64,000 bases of DNA from the human T2T-CHM13v2.0 reference genome, Homo sapiens, in the NCBI RefSeq assembly GCF_009914755.1, contig NC_060946.1; one strand, 5' to 3'. Both the position numbers and the translations under genes were made by a program. The notes below the pieces were generated by a model, which made no database searches, was not told where the DNA came from, and worked only from the letters and a program-made list of their open reading frames with translations. How positions within the stretch are numbered: position 1 is the stretch's first letter; each line of letters opens with the position of its first letter. Below are positions 17,036-38,830 of the stretch, piece after piece.

Positions 17036-19981
17036 CCACTCTTCCCAGCTCTAAGAGTGGGATTCAGTAAGCCACAGCAGCAGCACTGCCAGGGCTCCAT
17101 TCTTTTGTCAGCAGAGGACTCCAGCCCAGGGTCTCAGCACACCAAGGGTTAAGGCTGAGAGGCAGTGACTCTCTGGGGCTGCACAAAGGGAAATGCACTT
17201 CCTGCCCCAGCAGGCAGAGATGCTGTTTTATGCTCAGTAAATTAGGACGTTTGTTTAATTACGACGACACACAGATTTTGTTATTCTAAATATTTTTGGA
17301 ACATGATGCTTGGGAGGAAGCTGTCAAGGCACGGGTTTTTTTTTTTCTCTCTCTCTCTTTTTCCTTTGCTTTGGGTTTCTCTTTCTCCCCCTCCAAGAGA
17401 AGGGTAGGGCCAGGCTCAGAGGAAAACAACAGCCAACCCCTCCTCTCCTTTTGAAATAAAGATGTCAAGCTGGTAAGGGCTGTCTTAAGTACTTTATTGA
17501 AGAATTAGCTAGAAGAGGAAGTAAAGGAAGAACAGCCAGCCTGGTTTCTAGCAATACCCTACCAGGCTACACAACAATGCTGCATTTTTTTAGTGTGTTT
17601 TTCTTCTTTTAAAGAGCTAACAGATCCTTGTTTTGTTTTTTCTGGAGCAAGAGCGGGCAAAAGGCAGGCTGTGATTAACATGCGTCCTTCATCCTACGAG
17701 AGAGAAGTTGTCCCATCTCCAACCCCTTAGGTTAAAAAGTTTAAAAATAAAAGCAAGAAAGCCAGGGCCCTCCCTCTCCTCTACCCTCCTGAACCTTTCA
17801 GATGAACAGCCTCACCGAATGCTGCCCTTCTCTCCGGGGCTGGGGAGCTCCCCAGAGCCTGCCAATGCCGGCTCTCCAGACACCTGGCTCTGCCCACCTG
17901 CGCTGCCAGGGTTTGCTGAGTGTGGAGACTGAAGTTCTTTGGTGTCACCCCACAGTCATCCAGAGCGCAGTGGCTCTCAAATTACACTGAGCAATCTCTC
18001 CATGTTTTTAATTACCCCCCAATTATCCACTAAGTGGCTCCTCACTTTCCAACACCGCATGCTTGCCTCAGTTTGCCAAACCTGCAATGTGCTTCTCCCT
18101 TGTAGCAGCCTCCTCCTTGCCCAAGAGAAGTGGCCCCTCTCAGCCTTGAAATTCCTGAGTCCTTTGTCTATGGCATACTTGGGACACACATCACAGGCTG
18201 CCTTTGTATTTCACTGGTTCTGCCACTTTCCCCTTGAGGACTGTAAACTCCCCAAGGGCAGAGGCAGGGCCCCGGGGATTTCACAGGGCAGTCTGGCTCC
18301 CTTCTCCCAATCCCCATGACTCACAGTACCTTTCCGGGGTCCCTGTCATCTCTACCTCACGTTAGACTCATCTACAGATTTGTCTCAGTTCTCCCCTAAG
18401 TGCCCATGGGCACGGGCCAGGTCTTACTCAACCTCCCACCCCCCCACCACCTGGCAGAGTCCCTGGCACAGAGAGGGCAGTTAAATATTTGCTCAATTAC
18501 ACATCTGTGTCCCCTTCCCCCACACATAGCAGCCTTGTATATAAACTGACTATTATTAATTGAGTGATTGTCTCAAAAGGCCTCCCTCCTTACCAAAAAG
18601 GGACTCCTAAGCCATCAGGTGAGCCAAACACTGGCCCAGACAGTGTAGTTAGAATGGCCACAGTGCTGCGCTGCACGGAGAAGGAGCTAAGGCTCTCTTC
18701 CCTTTCCACGGTTACTCATCAGTCACTTTGAAATCCTGTTAAACCCAGAAAAGGGCGCAGTGAACCGAGAAGTGGCTGGGCCTCTCAACTGCCCGGTGGA
18801 GACAGCCGCCTGCCTCTACGACCTGGGACTTCCCAAGGAGTCTTCTCTCCACACCGGCTGGGTGGGGCCGTGCGCTCACCCTGCCCCCCACCACAGGACA
18901 GCCGGCAAGCTAGTGCTGGGGGTGCTGAGTCTCAGTTTGAAACAGCGGGGCTTCCCTGGAGAATGAGGGTGCCGCAGTCCTGTCTCCTGTGCGTGGCCCC
19001 AGAACAGGATGGGGTGAGGACCCCAGCACAGGGAAGCGGGTGCGTGGAGTGGAGAATAGAAAACTCCGATTTGGCTCAAACAGGAAAGATGCAATCGCCC
19101 AGGCCTGCTCGTAACGGCAGAGCTAGCTGCCCCCGCACCCCGCCCAGACGGGATGGCCCCTGGGTGCGGTGGAATCAGGTGCACGCCTGGGCGGCCCCGA
19201 CGGCTGCTGCATTCCGGGCCTCCCTCCCCCGAGGATCAGAAGTCGGAGGTCGAGGGCTGGAGCAGGGACTGGGGGTGGCCCTTCCTGTCTCGCGCCCGGG
19301 TCCCCGCCGGGTCCCCCTTGTCCGGGCAGCCGCCGCACCTCCCCCGGGCCCTCCCCGACCAGTCCGACGGCAGCGGGCGAATGAGGAAGTCGGCCGCGGA
19401 GGCGGAAACCGGGCCGGGTGCAAGGTCTGCAGCGGGACGGTCCGACTCTGACTCAGGAGGACGCCCTGACAGCTGCCAAACGGTGCCCGCTGCCCGTTAC
19501 CTCCGTGCCTCAGACGCCAGAAACTTCCACGGGAGCGGCTGCCCCGGGCTCCCAACCCGTGAGGCTGCGTCCCAGGGGCCGCGGCTCCCGGAAGGGGTTA
19601 AAAAGTTTGCCCGAGTCGGGCCTGGGCGAGGCGAGGGCGGGGCGCGTGCCCCAGCGGCTGGGGGAGGTCGGCTCCAGTGCCCAGTCCTGAGACCGCGCCG
19701 GGGGACACGGGGGGCGCCGGGGAGCGCCGGGTCCCGAGGCCGCCCCTGCACCCCTAGGCCTCGCTGCTGCCGGCGCCCTCCCCGAGCGCCCGCGTGGGGG
19801 TCCCGGTCCCCCTGGGAAGGATGCGGTGCCGGGCCCTGAGCCGCCGGCGTTCGCCCCCGCCCGCGCGGGTGGCGGGCCGCACTGAGCCCAAGAACCACCA
19901 GTCGGCCTGGCGGCAGCGCGTCTCGCCCCCGCCCGCCCGCCGCCGCCTGCCCGGGGCGGGACCGCGGTGGGGCTCGCTCAC

Positions 19982-20142
19982 CTGAACCTGGATCTGCCCC
20001 GGGAACAGGCGCTGCTTCTCCCGAGAGGACTTTCTCGAGCGCTCGGGCGGCGGCCGGGTGGGGCGAGCGCACGAGGCGGGAGCTGCAGCAGGTCAGCCTT
20101 GCTTAGCCTTCCGTGCCCTGCCCAGGAACCGCGGTGATCTGC
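19982..20142 (-). other. MYH9: MYH9 exon 1 (non-coding, 5'UTR)
   Basis: Reverse complement reads GCAGATCACCGCGGTTCCTGGGCAGGGCACGGAAGG...GAGAAGCAGCGCCTGTTCCCGGGGCAGATCCAGGTTCAG, matching my recall of the MYH9 mRNA 5'UTR. It ends at a canonical GT donor inside a CpG island. The TSS position is approximate. Confidence 0.9.
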
Positions 20143-20620
20143 GCGCCTCACCGCACCCAGCTCGGCTCCTCGCCGCCTTCCCGCCCCGCCCTCGGAGCCG
20201 CGGGACCATTCCCAGCCGGGAGCCGGCTCCGGGGCGGAGCCTGGGGCACAATCCCGCCCCCTTCCTGCTACACCCACTGCAGGCCGCGCCTGGCCTTGAT
20301 GGGCAGACGTATTGGCCTGTGGAAAGGGGGTGGGCGGAGCCTCTGCGGCCAGATGGGTGGGGATTCAACATCCTCTTTCCGCCCCACCTCCACCCGCTCC
20401 ACCTTCCCCCGCGCTTCCTAGGCGGGAGCCCCGCCCTCTAGGGCGGGTCCAACGGACAGCCAGGTTCTAGGACAAGGATTGACACAGGGGGAATCCAATC
20501 AGGAGGCGGCGACTCGGGGCGCGGAGAGCTCCGGGCCGGGGTTTTGGTGCCTTGCCTGGGCCGGGGCGAGGCCCTGCGGGAGCCGACTGGGAAGGTCTGG
20601 AACTCTGACACCCCGCCCCG
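20143..20620 (-). promoter_or_regulatory. MYH9: TATA-less MYH9 core/proximal promoter with Sp/KLF GC boxes and a CCAAT box
   Basis: CCGCCCCGCCC at ~20181, GGGGCGGAGC at 20231-20240, GGGCGGAGC at ~20332, CCGCCCC at ~20379, CCAATCAG at 20495-20502. Confidence 0.75.
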
Positions 20621-20673
20621 CGAGCTGTGCTCTCAGTCTCATGTCATCCCACCACAAGGACAGATATTAAGTA

Positions 20674-20683
20674 CCATATATGG
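20674..20683. promoter_or_regulatory. Perfect palindromic CArG box (SRF site) CCATATATGG
   Basis: Exact CC(A/T)6GG match ~530 bp upstream of exon 1. MYH9 is an established SRF/MRTF target. Confidence 0.65.
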
Positions 20684-21423
20684 GAAAAATGCTATTTTAC
20701 ATAATTATGATCCCTGTGGGGGCGGGCATGGACTCAGCCCTGGATTCCATTGTGAGCGTCTTGAGTTCGATTCCTGACCCTGCCTCTTTAGGATCCGCAC
20801 GTTGCTGCCTTTCAGCCTCCAAACCTTCGCTCTGGCCGTTCTCTCCACCTGGAATACCCTTCCGAGCCTCTCTTCACCTCCATGTCATTAACTCGCATAC
20901 ATCCTTTCAGGTACTTGTTACAAATTGCACTTTTTTTTTGTTACTGTCCACTACAAGAGGATAAAAAATGTTTTCATTTTTAAATGAAAAATCTTTTGAT
21001 CCATTTGGAATTTATTTTTGGGGTAAGGAAGAAACCTAAGATAATTTTTGTAATAGCCACTTGTCCAAACACTGTTTTCTCCACTGATTTTAGTTGGCAC
21101 CTTCATCGCCTATAGAACTATTATACTTGAAGCTGTTTCTGACTTGTATACATTGATCTCTCTGTGTGCACCTGTGCCAATCCCACCATGCTTTAATGAA
21201 GATACCTTTATAATACATTCTATATCTATGAGGGCAAATTTCTCATCATTACTCTTTCTTACTGGAATGTGCTTGCTATCATGACTATTCTTCCAAATTA
21301 ACTTCAGAAAAAAGCTATGTTCTAAAGGCAAAAGAAAGCTGGGAAAAAAAGATTTTGCAACTCTGTGACAAATTACTATCAGCAATATATAAAGATCTCT
21401 TCCCAGTTGATAAGAAAAACCTC

Positions 21424-21745
<322 letters not shown>

Positions 21746-22013
21746 TCAAAGACTCCAAAATAAAAATGGCCAAAAACAGGAACAGGTGATTTTAAAGAAG
21801 AATTATAAATGGCCAATAATTATTTTTAAAAAGCCATAAGAAATGCAAACAAAACAACATAAAATGCCATTTTCACCTAATTAAAAAAAAAATGCTCAAT
21901 ATTGGTCAGGTTTATAGATACAGATGAGAAAGTAAATTGATCAATTCTATCTGAGAATTCATCTTAAAAGACATTAGAAAAGTACACAGATATGAACTTT
22001 AAAGTTCTTTGCA

Positions 22014-22354
<341 letters not shown>

Positions 22355-22482
22355 TTAGAAATAAATGTACAATATATTACAAGATTGAATACATTGTGAT
22401 ATAGTCATATGTCGAAAAGTACAAAAAAAGTCATTAAAATTTTTATGTAGATTTGTATTTGCTGATTGAAAATATACTAAGT

Positions 22483-23710
<1,228 letters not shown>

Positions 23711-24372
23711 AGATGTCACCACTTCTAAAACATCTTTCCTGACTCTCAAGACCAGTTAGGAACTCCTCCTCTGTACTCCATTCTCTGGTATCTATTCTCT
23801 CATTGTATTTACACATTGAGTTTTAATCATTCATTCACTTTCTGCTTTTTCCGCCCAGGCTGGAAGCTGCCTGTGGACAGTCAGGGACTGAGCCCTATTT
23901 GTCTCTCTGGGCCCAGAACTAGCATAAGGCCTGACATAAAATGGCCTTTAGTGAATGCTTAAGCAGGACTCAGAGAGCCTGTTTCCTTATCTGCAAAATG
24001 AATGTGATCACTGGGCCTGGCCCAGCCCACAGGACTGTTGGGAGGAACACAGGAGACTGTGGACCTGAAAGTGTTTTATAAACCACTAAGCAATGCGCAC
24101 ATACAACAGAGCATTATTGGTATGATTATTTTCATTTTCCTCATGCCCCCGGCCTCTGAGCATCACCCTCTCCAGGGAAAACTTAAGGTCACTAATAAGA
24201 CAAAAGGCCTCCATCAGGCAGGCCCTGAATTCTTTCCTCCCCATCCCCTAGGCAACATGAGTCCTTTAGCTAAGGTAGCCCTCTCACTTGCATAAGCCTA
24301 ACCCCTTTTCCAGCCTCTAAGAACCTGCACCCTTAATAGTTTCTACTCCTGTAGATTTTGAAAAACATTTCT

Positions 24373-26212
<1,840 letters not shown>

Positions 26213-26215
26213 TGG

Positions 26216-26760
<545 letters not shown>

Positions 26761-27167
26761 TCTGTGTCACCCAGGCTGGAGCTGCAGTGGCCTGATCATG
26801 GCTCACTCTTACTGCAGCCTCAACCTCCTGGACTCAAGCAATCTCCCACCTCAGCATCTCGAGTAGCTGAGACTACAGGGACTCACCACCATGCCCCACT
26901 AATTTTTTTTTCTTTTTTTCCTTGTTTTGTTTGTTCCTTTGTTTTCTTTTTCTTTTTCCCTCCTAGTACTGGCCTTGCAGAGCAGGGCTACCCTATAGGC
27001 AGTGTGCCCAGAGTAGCACCTGGCCAATTTTTGTATTTTATTGTAGAGATGGGAGGAGGTCTCACTTTTTTGCCCAGGCTGGTCTTCAACTCCTGGGCTT
27101 AAGCCATCCTTCCACCTCGGCCCTCCAAAATGCTGGGGATTACAGGCGTAAAGCCACCACGCCCGGC
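26761..27167 (-). mobile_element. Tailless AluJ carrying a short retroposed insert in its linker
   Basis: Right arm 26761-26900, non-Alu insert 26903-27017, left arm 27018-27167. Confidence 0.8.
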
Positions 27168-27721
27168 TGTATTGCCTATTAAAGTAAATCCATTTTTAAT
27201 GTGAAAAATTATGCTATAAATTCAAATATAGATACAAAAGAATACATGCTCATTTTAAAAGTTAGAAAACATTAAAAAGAATAACAAAACACCTTTGTTA
27301 CCTGTAGTTCTACTCTCAAGTTCAAGATTTTTGGCGTGTTTCCCTATTGTTTAACTGCCTTCTCCTTAAATCCAGCACACAGTGTCTAGCCCCGCTCCCA
27401 CCATCCTGGTTCTTGCCAAACCTGTCTGCATGCCTGACTTCCTGCTCCATTCAGGTTTCCAGCCTCTCTCTGTCAACCACACTCATGCGCAGTCCTTCTC
27501 CTCCCTCTTCCCTGGCTCCCAGGACCCATCACTCCTCGCCACCATCTTACCCAGCCATCCTGTCCTCCCCAGCACTCTTGTCCCACTCTGATACTTGCCC
27601 TCCTTTCCTCCCCTCCACACCATGACCTTAGCTTCTCAACAAGGCCCTCCCCCACTGTCTCTTCCAACTGCCACCTGTATCTTCTGCATCCTCAGTTAAT
27701 GGTCCTGAAGCCCAGCTGTAA

Positions 27722-28108
<387 letters not shown>

Positions 28109-28624
28109 GGTTGATGATAATCCCTACAAAACTGGGTTGTTGTGGGAATTAAATGACTTAACTAAATGTCAAGCACCAACAACAGGGCCAGCACAGAGTA
28201 AGTGCCAAGTGGTATTTGCTATGATGATGTCATGATGATTATGCGTCTTTCTATCTTATCTCCTCTCAGAGGTTCATTTTTCATTCCCCAGATATTTCCT
28301 GAGGGCTTGTGATTTGCCAGATCCTGTACCAGGTGCTGGAACTTGGTGATAGACAATCCACAGTCTCTGCTCTGAAGACATCCATGCAGGTACTAACAGG
28401 TCAGCCTGGTAAATCCTGCGAAGGCTTCAGCACAGGGTGCTGTTGGGGAAAGAGGAGATGGGGTGTGTAGGGTAAGGGGGAATAGCAGCTCATTCCAGAC
28501 AGGAAAAACTGGGTGCGTAGCCCAGAGGGGAGAAGACAGTCTGTGCACAAGCTCAGTGAAAGGGGAGGGAATGTCAAGAAGGCAGCAGGAGTTGGAAGGG
28601 GCAAGGCCCTGCAGCAGATATGCA

Positions 28625-29240
<616 letters not shown>

Positions 29241-29311
29241 TTAATCAGAAAGTGTCTTGTGGTTGTGCTGAGGAGTTTTTAATGCATCAGACATCAGAAT
29301 CTCTAGGGAGG

Positions 29312-30295
<984 letters not shown>

Positions 30296-30502
30296 TTAGG
30301 GTTGCTTCTGTCGTAGCATTCTCATGCTGTCAGCTTGCCTACCCCTGGACAAGGAGGTCATGAGCTTCCTAAAGACAGACGAGTGCTTTATGCTTATATC
30401 CCAAGTACATGGCACGGAACCTAGCACTCTGCAAGACCCTCAATAAATGTCCATGGCATGAATAAACAAATAAGCTACTAAATTGAAATAAGAATCTATG
30501 TG

Positions 30503-30749
30503 GGCTGGGCACGGTGGCTCACAGCTGTAATCCCAGCACTTTGGGAGGCCTAGGCAGGCAGATCATTTGATCCCGAGTAGCTGGGACTACAGGTGCCCAC
30601 CACCACACCCAGCTAATTTTTTGTATTTTTTAGTAGAGACGGGCTTTCACTGTGTTAGCCAGGATGGTCTCGATCTCTGACCTCGTGATCCGCCCGCCTT
30701 GGCCTCCCAAAGTGCCAGGATTACAGGTGGGAGCCACCGCACCCAGCCC
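30503..30749. mobile_element. Fused inverted Alu heads (plus 30503-30570, minus AluY-like 30571-30749)
   Basis: Both 3' ends are missing at the junction gatcatttga|tcccgagtag. Confidence 0.8.
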
Positions 30750-30761
30750 ATGCTTCTGTTT

Positions 30762-31172
30762 TTTTAAACAGCGTTATTGGGATAAAATTCACACACCTTA
30801 CAACTCAGTTGTTTTTAGTATATTCACAGAGCTGTGCAGTCATGACCAGTAATTCCTGAACATTTTCATCACCCTAAAGAAACTCCATATCCATGAACAG
30901 TCACTTCCTGTTTTCCCTCAGCCTCCTCCCCCAGCGCTAGGCAACCATTAATCTACCTTCTGACTCTACAGATAATTTGCCTATTGTGGACATTCCGTAT
31001 AAATGGAATCATACAATATGTGATCTTTTGTGTCTGGCTTCTTTGATCTAGCATGATGATTTCAGGGTTCATCCATGTCGTAGCATCTATCAGTATTTCA
31101 TTCCTTTCTATTGCCGAATGCCATTTCATTGTATGGATAAGCTACATTTCATTGATTCATTCATCAGATAAT
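30762..31172 (-). mobile_element. L1MB-like 3' end
   Basis: aacattttcatcaccc, aaatggaatcatacaatatgtg, ggttcatccatgt. Confidence 0.75.
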
Positions 31173-31254
31173 AACGAACCTTCCCGCAGGTGTACAGCAT
31201 TTGGCTTTTGCAATAGCATTTTCATGCCACCTCGCTTCATCTTGATGTTTACTG

Positions 31255-31395
31255 TTTGAGGAGGGTTGTGTTTAGCCCCATTTTGCAGATGAGTGAACTG
31301 AGGCCAGAGTGAGCCGTTGTGACTTGCCACAGAGATCACAAGGCTATTAAATAGCAGAGTCATAACTCGAAACCCTTTTCTCTGTGCCATTCTGC
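31255..31395 (-). mobile_element. MIR
   Basis: ccccattttgcagatgagtgaactgaggcc. Confidence 0.65.
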
Positions 31396-31847
31396 CTCCC
31401 TCCCCAATCCAACTCATGGCACATGTCTCTTTTCCCCTCATACACCCACTATTCATGGTGTCCACCGTGCCCTATGGCCACCTGAACTTGGATACACAGA
31501 GGTTTGGGTGTGTGCTCTGGGAGGGTGTCAAGCCCTTATCTGATCTGGATTTCTAGGCCAAAGTTCAGCCTTCCAGCCTGAGTGCATGCAGGTCACTTCT
31601 GGGTCCCAGATGTGGGTAGGTGGGGTATAGCCAAGAGGAACCCCACAGCTCAGGAATCCATCAGACCTCACCATCCACTCTGCAGAAAAGGGACCTCTCC
31701 CACCTGCCCCAGTGCCACCCAGCTCTTCCGATCGCCACTTCCTTCTGCTTGACCCTTCTTGCCACACCCTTTCCTCTCCAACCACAAAGAACTTTAAACA
31801 CACTTCTTTTATGGCACTTGCCATACTGGGGCATAATGATTTTTTTA

Positions 31848-33102
<1,255 letters not shown>

Positions 33103-33321
33103 TTAGAAGTGAAAAAAAGAAGAAAAAGGAAAAGGAGGCCAGGAGCCCAAAACTTTTCAAACTTTACTCTCCTGTGATCTCTATTATTAGATCTCACTTT
33201 AGGTCTCTAGAGAAAACTGGCTCAGAGAGGTTAAGTGATTTCCAAGGACACTTGGGATGGGCCAGCCTCTGTTTCCAAGGGTCCAAGGAGAGACTTGCTT
33301 CAACACATCACCATCATTGCA

Positions 33322-33928
<607 letters not shown>

Positions 33929-34163
33929 TCATTGCATATTTTGTTCACCTTGCATTGCTCAAGTGGGAGTTTCAGTTTCCACTGGGAAGCTTTAACAGGA
34001 AATGGGTAAATCAAAACGGTGGAGATATTGGAACACTCATATATTGCTGGTGGGATTGTAAAAAAGTGCAGCCACTTTGGAAAACACTGTGGCAGTTCCT
34101 GAAAATATTAAACATAGAGCCCAGCTGGGCGTGGTGGCTCTCACCTATAATCCCAGCACTTTG

Positions 34164-34709
<546 letters not shown>

Positions 34710-34924
34710 CTATCTAAAAAACAAACAAACAAATAAACACACACACAAAAAAAACCCTTAAACATAGAGTTACCTTATTACCTAGAAATTTTTTTTTTTT
34801 TGAGATGGAGTTTCGCTCTTGTTGCCCAGGCTGGAGTGCGGCTCACTGCAACCGCTGCCTCCTGGGTTCAAGCGATTCTCCTGCCTCAGCCTCCCGAGTA
34901 GCGCCCACCACTATGCCCAGGTAA

Positions 34925-35056
<132 letters not shown>

Positions 35057-35059
35057 TGA

Positions 35060-35589
<530 letters not shown>

Positions 35590-35928
35590 TTCGCCCTCCC
35601 AAAGTGCTGGGATTACAGGCATGAACCACCGCACCCAGCCTTATCACCTAGAAATTCCTACTCCTAGGTAGAAGATTCTGCCAAAGAGAGGTGGAACCAT
35701 ATGCCTACAAAAAACTTGTATATAAATGTATATGAATGAGTGTTCATAGCAGTGTTATTCATAATAGTGAAAACATGGAAAACAATGTCCATGAACTGAA
35801 GAATGGATAAACAAAATGTGTCATATACATATAATGGAGTATTATTTGATAATAAAAAAGAATGAAGTGATTATACATGGTAATACACACATGAACCTTG
35901 AAAGCGTCATGCTAAGTGGAAGAAGTCA

Positions 35929-36229
35929 GGCTGGGTGCAGTGGCTCGGGCCTGTAATTCCAGCACTTTGGGAGACCAAGGCAGGCAGATCACCTGAGGTC
36001 AGGAGTTCGAGACCACCCTGGCCAACACAGTGAAATCCTGTCTCTACTATAAATACAAAAATTAGCCAGGCGTGGTGGTGCACACCTGTAGTTCCAGCTA
36101 CTCGGGAGGCTGAGGCGCTGAGCAGCGCTTGAACCGGGGAGGCGGAGATTGCAGTGAGCTGAGATCATACCACTGCACTACAGCCTAGGCAACAGAGTAG
36201 GACACTGTCTCAAAAAAAAAAAAAAAAAA
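35929..36229 (+). mobile_element. AluS
   Basis: TSD agtggaagaagtcag. Confidence 0.88.
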
Positions 36230-36285
36230 GTGGAAGAAGTCAGCCACAAAAGGCCACGTGTTGTATAATTCAATTAATTAATTAA

Positions 36286-36593
<308 letters not shown>

Positions 36594-37055
36594 TGAGCAC
36601 AGCCTCATCTCAGTGTAGCCCAGCACGGCACCCGCAGCCAAGCTTGGCATGTTTGACTTGGTGTGAGAGTGTCTCTCAGACTCTTCTCTTCAAGGTTGCA
36701 TTTTAACATTTGGCCGTATATTACTTCTGTGTGGCAAACGACTTTACGGTCATAATATACGCCTTGCTGGGCGGTCAGGCCATGGGGTGTTAAATTCATT
36801 CCAAGATAGGGAAGCCAACATCCAAAGCTGTTTCAGCAGCGCAGCCCAGCTGGGTGCTAATGGAATCAGGGTGACATCACAGGATTTCAGCAATTTAGAG
36901 CAAATGCAATTTGACCCCCCAGTGCAAAGCAGTTGGGATAGAAGGGTATGCATCCTGGGTCTGGTACCCAAACACCTGGGTTTGAATCTCAGTTCCACTA
37001 CTTACTAGCTGAGTGAAAATTAAATAAGGTTATGTCTTTTAAAACCTAGCACAGT

Positions 37056-37365
<310 letters not shown>

Positions 37366-37371
37366 CCCTAG

Positions 37372-37659
<288 letters not shown>

Positions 37660-38299
37660 TAGAAAAGAGGGCTGGACTGGGGTGTCAGCTTTGCTGTTTC
37701 CTTGCTGTGTGATCTTAAACTAGTCATTTCTCAACTCTGGGCCTGTTTCCTCATCTGTCAAAAGACAATAATGTGATAGGCCCCATCTAACTAACAAGGT
37801 TGGTTTGATGAGGCTTATCTGGCAAAATGTGTGGGGAAAACACTAGAGAAACTCGAGGGGCTTACAGGGTTATGTTGGGCAACGTGGAAAGAGAGTGACT
37901 TGCAAGATTCTGGAGATGAGAGAAGGCTCTGAGCAATGCTGAGGCTCCCGACAGAGGGGCAAAGACCCCAGCAGTCAGAGTGATTGAGGAAGCACTGCTC
38001 TTGCCCAAGAGAAACCCCTCCACCTCGAAGTCATTCAACCAAAGGAAATGGAGACAAAACCACAAAGCACCGTTGGGCAAGACAGGGAGGTGCCAGCAAG
38101 TGGGGCAAGAGGCTCACAGCTGAGTGCCTCCTGGTAAACAGGCTGCAAAGGGGTCATGCTGCTGGAGGCAAAATGCAGGGGAGGTAGCCCTACTGTCATT
38201 GCTGATGCCCAGGTTTAAGGTGGCTCCCAGGGGGCTAGGGGTTCCTCCTGTGCTTACAGTCCCTTCCCCCTTCAGTGGCTTCCCATGGTCTTCAAGAAG

Positions 38300-38535
38300 G
38301 ACAATAGCAGCTAACATTTATATAGCACACAGGATGTCCCAGGCACTTTCTGAAAACACTTCCATCTATTCACTCCTGTAATCCTTGCAACAACCCTATG
38401 AGGTAGGACTTAGATTCTCTATGTTACAAATGAGGTCACTGACACACAGAGAGGCTGAGTGACTTGCACAAGATCACAGAGCTTGTAAGTGGCAGAGCTA
38501 GGCTTCAAGCCAAGGCCATCTGCCTCTAGGACCCA
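38300..38535 (-). mobile_element. MIR (near full length)
   Basis: aatagcagctaacattta...caacaaccctatgaggtagg...gtaagtggcagagctagg. Confidence 0.75.
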
Positions 38536-38536
38536 C

Positions 38537-38830
38537 TTTTTTTTTTTTTTCTTTGAGATGGAATCTCACTCTGTTGCCCAGGCTAAAGTGCACGATCTCC
38601 GCTCACTGCAACCTCCATCTCCTGCGCTCAAATGATTCTCCCACCTCAGCCTCCCAAGTAGCTGAGAGTACAAGTGCCCACCGCCACACCTGGCTAATTT
38701 TTGTATTTTTAGTAGAGATGAGGTTTCACTATGTTGGCCAGGCTGGTCCCGAACTCCTGACCACAGGTAATCCACCCACCTTGGCCTCCCTAAGTGCAGG
38801 GATTACAGGCCTGAGCCACCGCACCCAGCC
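38537..38830 (-). mobile_element. AluS
   Basis: TSD aggacccacttt. Confidence 0.87.

Larger units (their letters stand above)
19100..20620. promoter_or_regulatory. MYH9: CpG island spanning the MYH9 promoter, exon 1 and start of intron 1
   Basis: Very high GC with unsuppressed CpG over ~1.5 kb and no repeats. Confidence 0.93.

Noticed and set aside
18870-20670. Overlapping 100-228 aa R/P/G/A-rich ORFs on both strands
   Set aside because: Stop-codon scarcity in the CpG island. No domain is recognisable and MYH9 exon 1 is non-coding.
28391-28400. Perfect branch-point TACTAAC
   Set aside because: AG follows immediately with no polypyrimidine tract, and a 7-mer is expected by chance in 64 kb.
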